From contig CP070765.1 of NCBI GenBank assembly GCA_020345645.1, forward strand, positions 610,440-651,749: a stretch of DNA of 41,310 nt. Direction: 5' to 3'. This DNA comes from Candidatus Bathyarchaeota archaeon (GTDB lineage Archaea > Thermoproteota > Bathyarchaeia > Bathyarchaeales > SOJC01). The translations under genes and the position numbers were made by a program. The notes under the pieces are model-generated. The model worked only from the letters and a program-made list of their open reading frames with translations. It made no database searches and was not told the origin of the DNA. Shown piece by piece: positions 24,397 to 32,118 of the stretch; within the stretch, counting starts at the first letter, position 1, and every line of letters begins with the position of its first letter.

Positions 24397-25461
24397 GTGA
24401 AACTCTACAAGCCCATGCTCCCTAAGAAAGTGAAGAGTCCGTTTTCGTCTGAGGACTGGGTTTTCGAGCTCCAATGGGGCGGGATAAGAGCAATCACGTA
24501 CATCTCCTCGGAAGTTAACATCCGAAGCTCAGACCAGCAAGAGTTGAAAGACTGTTTTCCCGAATTAGAAGAACTGCTGACGCTCCCAGCATCAACAGTC
24601 CTAGACGGGGAAATCGTTATCTTGAAAGATGGAAAGACTGATCAGCGAGCACTCGAAAATAGACTGAAAACACCTATGGAGAATCGCAACGTAGCAACAG
24701 CGAGTTCTCCCCCAACATACATTGTCTTCGATGTTCTCGAAAAAGCCGGCGAATCGCTCGTTGACAAACCGCTGATGCTGCGAAAGCAGATTTTGCAGAG
24801 AATGGTGCAAGGACTCCGATACACCATACCCTCCATCTTCGCAGAGGGAAACGGTGAGACCTACTTTGAAGCAGCCGTGAAAAGCGGGTTCACCAACATC
24901 ATCGGGAAGGAGAAGAACAGTAAATACGAATCAGGCTTTACCAGCGAGAAGTGGTTAGAAATACGTAACGATCAGCAGCCTCAGAAAGAAACCGAGTCGC
25001 CGCTGCAGGAGTATGTACGAAAGAGGGATTTTGGTAGGACAAGCGAACCGAGAGGAGATGAAACGATAGATGAAGCTCCGAGATTCGTTATCCAAGAGCA
25101 TCAGGCCAGGAGTCTTCACTATGACTTTCGTCTATCGCGTGATGGAGTTCTCAAGAGTTGGGCAGTTCCAAAAGGTGTGCCATTGCAGCCGGGAATACGG
25201 AGACTCGCTGTGGAAACAGAAGACCACCCACTTGAATATGGCATGTTTGAGGGCGTTATCCCTAAAGGAGAATATGGTGCGGGAATTGTGAAGATCTGGG
25301 ACAAAGGATCCTATCGACTGAAGATCTGGCACGATGACAAGATCGAGTTCTATTTAGATGGTGAACGAGTCAACGGCATGTACGCGTTGGTAAAACTGAA
25401 GAAGTACAGCCAGCGGAAGCAGGACCAGAATCAATGGCTCCTCATCAGAATGAAGGGTTGA
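24397..25461 (+). CDS. Fusion of a degenerate ATP-dependent DNA ligase nucleotidyltransferase domain (no OB fold) with a LigD 3'-phosphoesterase (PE) domain
   Basis: The C-terminal part reads FVIQEHQARSLHYDFRLSRDGVLKSWAVPKGVP...VETEDHPLEY..FEGVIPKGEYGAGIV, which is the LigD PE domain. The N-terminal roughly 195 aa align to ligase motifs I-V, but motif I is ELQWGGIR instead of ExKWDGxR. The start codon is GTG. Confidence 0.8.
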   Translation: MKLYKPMLPKKVKSPFSSEDWVFELQWGGIRAITYISSEVNIRSSDQQELKDCFPELEELLTLPASTVLDGEIVILKDGKTDQRALENRLKTPMENRNVATASSPPTYIVFDVLEKAGESLVDKPLMLRKQILQRMVQGLRYTIPSIFAEGNGETYFEAAVKSGFTNIIGKEKNSKYESGFTSEKWLEIRNDQQPQKETESPLQEYVRKRDFGRTSEPRGDETIDEAPRFVIQEHQARSLHYDFRLSRDGVLKSWAVPKGVPLQPGIRRLAVETEDHPLEYGMFEGVIPKGEYGAGIVKIWDKGSYRLKIWHDDKIEFYLDGERVNGMYALVKLKKYSQRKQDQNQWLLIRMKG

Positions 25462-25984
25462 AGCTATGACGCCACATCGTCTTCTCCTGCTTCTCGCCTA
25501 CTGTTCGCTCCCGTCGCCCCGTCAACTCCTCCACGTCGATAACAACGCAACAGCATTCTGATGCTCGAGACCTGCTGAATCTTTTCCCACCTTCAGACGT
25601 AGGCTTCCTGTAAGGTTCGCTGTATTTCTCAGCAAACAACTGCAAAAGACGGGTCTTCTCAGCCACATCCTTCTCCACGCGTGCACGACCATAGGCTAAT
25701 ACACTATCGTAATCGAGATGGCATCGCGTCTCATGGTGATCACTTACCGAGCCCACAAATGTATCAACTTCAAAGCAGCAGTTCGGGTTCTCTTCGATGC
25801 TCGCCAGCTTCTTCCCCTCCCAAGCACAGTGAAAAACGATCTTCCCTTCATGGTATAAGAAGTTCAAAGGGATAACGTAAGGCTTCGACCCATGAGCGAG
25901 CCCAATCCGACCGACTTCAGCCCGCCTCAACATCTGCTCCATCTCGGCTAAACCGTTTTCAACGAACACTCCATCATCAGTCAT
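25445..25984 (-). CDS. Pyridoxamine 5'-phosphate oxidase-related FMN-binding protein (Pyridox_ox_2 / NimA-like)
   Basis: ..RAEVGRIGLAHGSKPYVIPLNFLYHEGKIVFHCAWEGKK... is typical of this split-barrel family. The 3' end overlaps the converging ligase/PE gene by 17 nt. Confidence 0.7.
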   Translation of the reverse strand: MTDDGVFVENGLAEMEQMLRRAEVGRIGLAHGSKPYVIPLNFLYHEGKIVFHCAWEGKKLASIEENPNCCFEVDTFVGSVSDHHETRCHLDYDSVLAYGRARVEKDVAEKTRLLQLFAEKYSEPYRKPTSEGGKRFSRSRASECCCVVIDVEELTGRRERTVGEKQEKTMWRHSFNPSF

Positions 25985-26077
25985 AACACACAATCCTCAC
26001 AGTGAATGCATACAAGAGTGATTTAAGATTGTGTGCCGGGCCATTATATTGTATGGAACCAGATCGCGAGTGCTTAC

Positions 26078-26608
26078 TTATCTTGTTGCGTTGGAGCGTT
26101 GTGCCCGTATGCGTCTACTAGTCCTGGGTATTCTTTTCTCCGACCTCATCATACGGTTCAATTGCTGATGCCATTCGTCTCTACTCATCTCATCGATCTT
26201 CTCAATTAGCCAGAGGAGATCCACGAGGAGCTGGTGATGGCGTTTCTCATCGTTGATGATAATCTCGAAAAGCTCTTTGGTGTGGGCGTCCTCAATCAGG
26301 TCACTGATTTCTTCACTTCTTTTCAACATCTCCGCTTCTTTGCTAACGTGAGTTGTTAACTCCTTTGTCAGCTTATCTTTTTCAAGATCGCCAACTATGA
26401 CACCAGAGCTAGAATCTAATGTAATTAGAGTTTGATAAATCTCTGAGTGCTTCTTTGTATCCAGAATAATCCAGCGCACAAAAAGTTTAACGAGAGGGTT
26501 TGTAGTAGAGTTGTAGAAAGCTATTAGCTGGTCGGCCATCTCATCTTCAAGCGTCTTCTGCTCCTTGAACTGATCACTAATTGTGCTTTTAATCTTCGAT
26601 TGACCCAA
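26078..26608 (-). CDS. Hypothetical helical protein, possibly ferritin-like/four-helix-bundle
   Basis: The product is helix-rich and acidic, with one clear ExxH (NDEKRHHQLL) and other E/H-containing helices, plus a basic C-terminal tail. The start is TTG. I could not confidently name a family. Confidence 0.35.
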   Translation of the reverse strand: MGQSKIKSTISDQFKEQKTLEDEMADQLIAFYNSTTNPLVKLFVRWIILDTKKHSEIYQTLITLDSSSGVIVGDLEKDKLTKELTTHVSKEAEMLKRSEEISDLIEDAHTKELFEIIINDEKRHHQLLVDLLWLIEKIDEMSRDEWHQQLNRMMRSEKRIPRTSRRIRAQRSNATR

Positions 26609-26844
26609 AATCCCTCACCTGCGTAAGCAATCCTGCCAGTATGAGGGTTATAGCTTAGAGTGTAGAAGAGAAAAAGGTTACGTTGCTCTTCAAGCAGTCG
26701 AAATCTTCAACATGCAGATTCCCGGTGAAAGAACGGCCCCATTAGGCATGGAAGAGTATTCTGGGATTTTCTGGTCCGCTAGCACATCTTCGTGCACATG
26801 TATCACGCGTTTTTATATTCGTAGTGCATAAAAAGAGAATTCGG

Positions 26845-27624
26845 ATGTGCTTTGTGCTGGATCAAAATGCTACTGCGTTAAAATGGGCAAACATCATAGC
26901 GTTCATCCTAATGGTAGTGGTAAATAGCTTAGCGGGTAGCACCACGATTCTCGGAGGTAAGTTCACAGCGGAGATTTCTGATGCCAACCCGACGCTTATT
27001 ACACCTGCTGGCTACGTATTCTCTATCTGGGGCATCATCTACGTTTTGTTAGGGATTTTCGCGGTCTTTCAGGCGTTGCCCAGGGAAAAAGGTGAAGACT
27101 ACAGGAATCGCATTGGTTGGCTGTTTGTTCTCAGCAGTATAGCGAATATTGTTTGGCTTTTTCTTTGGCAGTTTGAATATCTTGGTTTTTCGGTCATTCT
27201 GATGTTTCTACTTCTGGCAAGTTTGATAGCGACCTATCTGCGCCTCGATGTCGGGAAGTCCGAAGTTCGATTGCGGGAAAAACTGGCAGTTCATGTCCCC
27301 TTCAGCACTTACTTAGGTTGGATCACCATAGCTTCAATTGCCAACGTTGCTGTTACGCTAGTGTCATTAAACTGGGATGGTTTCGGAATAGTCTCAGAAA
27401 CATGGGCGACTCTGATCATTATAGTTGCATTGCTGATTGCGGTACTGGTCCTAGCTACGCGAAAAGACGTAGCGTACGGGTTAGTAATTGTCTGGGCATT
27501 ACTTGGCATTGCCGTCGGGCAGAGTGGAAACCAAAACATCGTCACCTTGTCGCAAGTCAGTGCCGCTGTGGTCTTGATTACTTTAGTTACTACCGTAGTC
27601 CTCGCTAAGCGAAGGCGTCAATGA
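26845..27624 (+). CDS. Polytopic membrane protein, possibly TspO/MBR-related (tryptophan-rich sensory protein-like)
   Basis: The product has about 7 TM helices and is Trp-rich. The N-terminal block ..NSLAG...G..TAEISDANPTLITPAGYVFSIWGIIYVLLG.. matches my memory of proteins annotated as TspO/MBR-related. The start is set at the ATG after a TTTTTATATT box; the ORF is open from 26824. Confidence 0.45.
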   Translation: MCFVLDQNATALKWANIIAFILMVVVNSLAGSTTILGGKFTAEISDANPTLITPAGYVFSIWGIIYVLLGIFAVFQALPREKGEDYRNRIGWLFVLSSIANIVWLFLWQFEYLGFSVILMFLLLASLIATYLRLDVGKSEVRLREKLAVHVPFSTYLGWITIASIANVAVTLVSLNWDGFGIVSETWATLIIIVALLIAVLVLATRKDVAYGLVIVWALLGIAVGQSGNQNIVTLSQVSAAVVLITLVTTVVLAKRRRQ

Positions 27625-27759
27625 AGATCAGCGTTTGTATGTGCCCTGGTTCAGTTACGCTCTTCTAATATGCGTGTAAGATAGCAGAAGCTGATCTGCG
27701 AGCACCCCATAAGAGTACACTTATTGAGGAACCACAAGATGGTTTAGTAGACGGGTATA

Positions 27760-28227
27760 ATGAGCCGTTTAATCCCTGAGAAATTATTCGTAAGATACTT
27801 GCCTGGGGGCGATCCGACGGGACCGGTAGTTCCGAGACGGTACACACTCACACATTCAGATTTCACTGGGAATCTGTATTTATCGATAGGTGGAGATTAC
27901 GACCGAAAGTCAATATCCGGACTTTATACGAGGTTGATGAGGGATGAAGTTTTAGCAGAATGGTGCCAAAGTAAAACTGGCTTTTCTCTTCACGTATATT
28001 GTCATGTCAGTGGTGGAATGGTGTTTGGGAGAGCTCGTTGGAGATTTTCTATATTTAGACGGGAAATGCCCCTAGTGCTAGAAGCGATTCGTTATGGTGA
28101 TAGAACGCTCTTTACTGAGTACTCGAATCTAGATAATTCAGCTGTCATCGTTTACTTCAAGTCTACTAAAGAAGAGTATAACAAGATTGAGGAATGGGGA
28201 GTTCTAGGAGAATACCGACCTCGATAG
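27760..28227 (+). CDS. STAY-GREEN (SGR) family protein, Mg-dechelatase homologue
   Basis: Near-collinear similarity to plant/bacterial SGR is visible: PRRYTLTHSDFTGNLYLSIG, LMRDEVLAEW, SLHVYCHVSGG, FRREMPLVLEAIRYGD, VYFKS...YNKIEEWG. Confidence 0.85.
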   Translation: MSRLIPEKLFVRYLPGGDPTGPVVPRRYTLTHSDFTGNLYLSIGGDYDRKSISGLYTRLMRDEVLAEWCQSKTGFSLHVYCHVSGGMVFGRARWRFSIFRREMPLVLEAIRYGDRTLFTEYSNLDNSAVIVYFKSTKEEYNKIEEWGVLGEYRPR

Positions 28228-28405
28228 TGAGAAGTTCGTCGGGTGTAGCATTTGTAGAAGAACTAAGTTTCTCAAGCGAATCGGTTCTTCAAAGACCCAA
28301 GCGGTAGTTACTCAAACGATGACAGAATGCGTTCTCCCTACATGCATAAAGGTATAGGAAAAACGATAAACCTGAACTTTTCATGTAGTATTCAGGACGC
28401 CCAAA

Positions 28406-28918
28406 ATGGAAGTCTTTACAGCCATAGAGAAAAGATGTAGCATCCGATCGTACAAAACAACCCAAGTGGGGAAGAAGGACCTCTATCGAGTGTTAGAAGC
28501 AGGTAGATTAGCACCTTCTGCCAGTAACAAGCAGCCATGGCAATTCATAGTGGTAACAGACAAACAGGTCAAAGAAAAACTAAGGGCAGCCTATGATAAA
28601 GATTGGTTCGTCTCTGCACCCGTGATCATCATAGGATGCGCTGTTCCCGAAGAAGCCTGGAAAAGAATGGATGGTCAAGAATACTGGATGGTGGATGTAG
28701 CAATCGCCATACAGAACATGATCCTAGCAGCCACAGAACTTGGTCTGGGGACTTGTTGGATCGCAGACTTCGACGAAGAAGCTATCCGAAAAGCGGTCAA
28801 ACTACCCTCGAATATTCGCGTTGTCGCCATGACTCCTTTAGGTCACCCAGCCGATGAAAAGGGCCCAAGAAAAAGTAGAAAACCACTCGCAGAGATTGTC
28901 CGACACGAACACTGGTAA
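28406..28918 (+). CDS. Nitroreductase family protein
   Basis: Seen are RCSIRSY...V, LEAGRLAPSASNKQPWQF and LGLGTCWI. The product is 170 aa. Confidence 0.85.
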   Translation: MEVFTAIEKRCSIRSYKTTQVGKKDLYRVLEAGRLAPSASNKQPWQFIVVTDKQVKEKLRAAYDKDWFVSAPVIIIGCAVPEEAWKRMDGQEYWMVDVAIAIQNMILAATELGLGTCWIADFDEEAIRKAVKLPSNIRVVAMTPLGHPADEKGPRKSRKPLAEIVRHEHW

Positions 28919-28919
28919 G

Positions 28920-30146
28920 ATGGGCAGAGATTCACGAGTGGCGAGTTTGATTAGCATCCCAAAAGAGGAAGCCAGGAGATTTCTGGTCAGTAAACAACTC
29001 TTTCTAAGTGGCAGGGGGAAAGGAGGGAGCCTAGAAGCGACTCGGCAACTCGAATGCATCCAGAGGGATCCAATCAATGTCGTTCATAGAAATCACCACT
29101 TAGTACTGCACGATCGAGTCATAGACTATGAGCCTTCATTCTTAACCCAGTTGTTGTACAAGGAGAAGTCACTATTCGAATACTGGTGTAATGCGAAATC
29201 CATAATCCCAAGCAGAGACCTGCCCTACTTCCGGTTCAGGATGAAGAATCCTACCCTATTCCACTCCCCATTCTACGAGAGGATCAAGAGACGAAGAGGC
29301 GAACTCAGACACGAGATCTCGTTGGTCCTCTCAGAGATCCAGAAACACGGACCGCTCTCAGCAAAAGAGCTACAGGAAAGACTGCTGAAGCGAAAACAAG
29401 CTACCCACGTTCTGAACCTACTTTGGGATTTAGGAGAACTCATGATTCACCACGTAGATGGCAATGCACGATACTACGACCTCGCTGAGCGTGTTCTTCC
29501 ATGCAACGAGGAACTTCCCAGCCTAGAAGAATACAGGAGCTTCATGGTTAAGAAGTATATGAAGGCATACGGACTCGTTGATGTCCGCGATTGGCGATTC
29601 GGTTGGCTCTCGATGAAAGCACCTCAGCGAAGAGACCTCGTGTCAAAGATGGAGAAAACCGACGAGCTAACCTCGGTAAAGGTCGAGAACGTGAAACACA
29701 CGTACTATGCCTTGGCAGAATGCAGGGAGCGTCTAGAAGCCCCAAGTGCTCCTGTGGAAAGGCATGTGTTGTTAATCCCGCCCTTGGACAACCTACTATG
29801 GAATCGCAGACTGCTCTCAGAGATCTTCGATTTTAACTATTCATGGGAAGTATACAAGGTTCCAGATAAGAGAATATACGGATACTACGTTATGCCAATA
29901 CTCAATGGAACCAGCTTTGTCGGCAGACTGGATCCAAAACTCGATCGGAAAAGCAGGAGATTAATCGTTAACTCCTTAATACTAGAGAAAGAAGCTGATC
30001 CCGACTTCCTCGAAGGACTCGCTGAAACACTGCGACGATTCCTGAAGTTACATAATGCACGCGAACTCACAATAGGTAGAACGGAGCCAACAGGATTAAA
30101 GGGGAATCTCATGAGAGAGCTGAAGAAACTCGGACCTAAGGAGTGA
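28920..30146 (+). CDS. YcaQ/AlkZ-family winged-helix DNA glycosylase (DUF1006; interstrand-crosslink repair type)
   Basis: The N-terminal ..EEARRFLVSKQLF.. is followed by the IQRDPINVVHRNHHLVLHDR block, containing a Q-x-D catalytic-type motif, and later YYVMPIL.G..VGRLDPK. The ATG lies 1 nt after the nitroreductase stop. The ORF is open from 28854. Confidence 0.78.
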   Translation: MGRDSRVASLISIPKEEARRFLVSKQLFLSGRGKGGSLEATRQLECIQRDPINVVHRNHHLVLHDRVIDYEPSFLTQLLYKEKSLFEYWCNAKSIIPSRDLPYFRFRMKNPTLFHSPFYERIKRRRGELRHEISLVLSEIQKHGPLSAKELQERLLKRKQATHVLNLLWDLGELMIHHVDGNARYYDLAERVLPCNEELPSLEEYRSFMVKKYMKAYGLVDVRDWRFGWLSMKAPQRRDLVSKMEKTDELTSVKVENVKHTYYALAECRERLEAPSAPVERHVLLIPPLDNLLWNRRLLSEIFDFNYSWEVYKVPDKRIYGYYVMPILNGTSFVGRLDPKLDRKSRRLIVNSLILEKEADPDFLEGLAETLRRFLKLHNARELTIGRTEPTGLKGNLMRELKKLGPKE

Positions 30147-30215
30147 TATCGTACGAGCTTAAAGAGTCCCGTAGAACGATGTCTGCCATTAGGAAGGCGG
30201 GATTGAGGTATCGAG

Positions 30216-30785
30216 ATGAATGATGAACTATACGTAGTCAACAGGAGTGATTGGCGGAAGTGGTTAAGCCGAAACCACGATACGGTAGAAGCGGTCTGGC
30301 TTGTTTATTTCAAGAAACACACTGGGAAGCCCCGGATCCCCTACGATGACGCAGTTGAAGAAGCCATATGTTTCGGGTGGATAGACAGCTTAGTCAAGCG
30401 AGTTGACGATGAGAAATATATTCAGAAGTTCTCACCTCGAAAAACTGGAAGCACATGGTCTGAACTAAACAAAAAACGAGCCGAGACGATGATTTCCGAA
30501 GGAAAGATGACGGAAGCAGGGTTGATCAAGATTGAGGACGCTAAGAAGAGCGGCGAGTGGTTCCGAAACCCTATTAGCAAGGGCTCGCTTGCTGTTCCAT
30601 CATTCATCCAAGCAGCACTGAATGGTAACCTGAAAGCCAAGAAGAACTTTGACCGATTAGCCCCAACATACAAACGACACTACATTGGATGGATAACAAG
30701 TGCCAAAAAGGAGGAGACACGCAGACGACGCCTCAAGGAGGCACTAGAACTTCTAGAGCAGAACAAGAAACTCGGTTTGAAATAA
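30216..30785 (+). CDS. YdeI/OmpD-associated family protein
   Basis: Seen are WRKWLSRNHD....VWLVYFKK....IPYDDAVEEAICFGWIDS and a C-terminal F..L.P..KR.YI.WI..AK..ETR..R. The product is 189 aa. Confidence 0.75.
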   Translation: MNDELYVVNRSDWRKWLSRNHDTVEAVWLVYFKKHTGKPRIPYDDAVEEAICFGWIDSLVKRVDDEKYIQKFSPRKTGSTWSELNKKRAETMISEGKMTEAGLIKIEDAKKSGEWFRNPISKGSLAVPSFIQAALNGNLKAKKNFDRLAPTYKRHYIGWITSAKKEETRRRRLKEALELLEQNKKLGLK

Positions 30786-30875
30786 GCATAAAAAGACCAC
30801 GGGCAGACCCATTGATGGTCGATTCGTAAGACAGCATTACGTTCTGAGCTGTGACCACGCAGGCGGATGACCACC

Positions 30876-31433
30876 TCAAGTCTTGTTCCGCGATAATTCT
30901 TCAAGGAGCGGTTTTACATCCGCGGGGCTTGATAGAACGGTGATCCCCTGCATCCGTTTTAGTTTCTGCACGTTCTGAATATCTATGTCTCGCATGTGGA
31001 GGGTGAGTTGCTTTCCGTGCGGAAGATCGGTCACGAGCGTCCCCGGTTTCTGGTCAACAGGGAAGATGGCGACGGGGACATTCGCTTTGATAGTCTGAGC
31101 TACGCAATTGGTAAGTAGGGAGTCGGCAATGCCATGCACGATCTTGGCCGTCGTATTCGCTGTCGCGGGGCAGATCAGAAGCAGATCATATCTGCCTAAT
31201 TGAAGAGGACCAATTAAAAATGGGTTGTTGGGGGTGTTTTCTATGAAAACCTTGGCGAAACTCTCGTTCAAAGTGTCCCAAAGCTTGTACCACCTGATCA
31301 CCGTCTCCCCTTCCCTAGATAGGATGACATGGATCTCCCAATCGTGTTCTTCATGGAGCATCTTCATGGTGGTAACAGATTCTACTATATGGTCGCCGCT
31401 TCCAGTGATTCCCCACGCGATCTTTAAGGTCAC
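30876..31433 (-). CDS. Flavoprotein (PF02441-type; archaeoflavoprotein AfpA / UbiX-like fold)
   Basis: Seen are IAWGITGSGD.., ICPATANTTAKIVHGIADSLLTN. The product is 185 aa. Its start overlaps the stop of the upstream Isf-like gene by 4 nt. Confidence 0.7.
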   Translation of the reverse strand: MTLKIAWGITGSGDHIVESVTTMKMLHEEHDWEIHVILSREGETVIRWYKLWDTLNESFAKVFIENTPNNPFLIGPLQLGRYDLLLICPATANTTAKIVHGIADSLLTNCVAQTIKANVPVAIFPVDQKPGTLVTDLPHGKQLTLHMRDIDIQNVQKLKRMQGITVLSSPADVKPLLEELSRNKT

Positions 31434-32074
31434 TGTGGCAACATGTCTCCTTTCAGCTTAAAGGCGACCTCAATCAATCGGTCAATGGTTCTGTGCAACG
31501 ACTTGAGACCTTCAGTGTCTTTCTCAGCTCCTTCCTTGCCAAGATCACGCGACCACGCAGAGCAGCCCAAGTTTGCACCAAAGGGGCCTCCGCTCACGGG
31601 AATCATCTTGTTGGCGAGGAAGAAGGAGTGAATGGTCAACAGTGCGGGTTCTTGACCGCCAGCACGGTCTCCACCGACCGCCAACCCGACCCCTACCTTG
31701 TTTCGCAGAACGTCAGGATTCCTAGCGACTAACGCACGACAGCGATCGAAGAACGTCTTCAGTTGCCCACTGATCGAGCCACTGTATACGGGAGACCCTA
31801 TGAGGAGTGCATCTGCTCGCGAAAGTTTCTCATAGGCCTCAAGCATATCGTCCTTGTGAACGCATCCTTTCTTCTCCCGAACGCAGTAGTCGCAGTGGAT
31901 ACAAAAGTCTATCTTTTTCCCCTTCAAAGAGAAATACTCGGTCAGAACTGACTGTGAACGCTTCTCAGCATATCTCAAACCCTCTTTCACCAAGTACGCC
32001 GTAGACGCGTCACGTGGGCTTCCTGAAACCCCTAAGAGTCGAATCGTGTTTGTTGTTGAACCGTTGGACTTCAA
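31430..32074 (-). CDS. Iron-sulfur flavoprotein / NADPH-dependent FMN reductase family
   Basis: Seen are LLGVSGSPR flavodoxin-like FMN loop plus compact Cys cluster CIHCDYCVREKKGC and GSPVYSGSISGQLK. The product is 214 aa. Confidence 0.75.
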   Translation of the reverse strand: MKSNGSTTNTIRLLGVSGSPRDASTAYLVKEGLRYAEKRSQSVLTEYFSLKGKKIDFCIHCDYCVREKKGCVHKDDMLEAYEKLSRADALLIGSPVYSGSISGQLKTFFDRCRALVARNPDVLRNKVGVGLAVGGDRAGGQEPALLTIHSFFLANKMIPVSGGPFGANLGCSAWSRDLGKEGAEKDTEGLKSLHRTIDRLIEVAFKLKGDMLPQ

Positions 32075-32118
32075 GCCACCCTCACCTACACAACTTCAGC
32101 AAATCATATAACGTGTGA

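Noticed and set aside
24397-25461. Calling the ligase-PE gene a pseudogene because ligase motif I lacks the catalytic lysine
   Set aside because: The reading frame is intact over 354 codons and the PE domain motifs look complete. A retained non-catalytic domain is a better description than a pseudogene, although a sequencing or assembly error at two codons cannot be excluded from one sequence.
27665-27847. 60-aa minus-strand ORF overlapping the SGR gene start
   Set aside because: It is antisense to the strongly supported SGR homologue and its promoter region, and it has no recognisable features.
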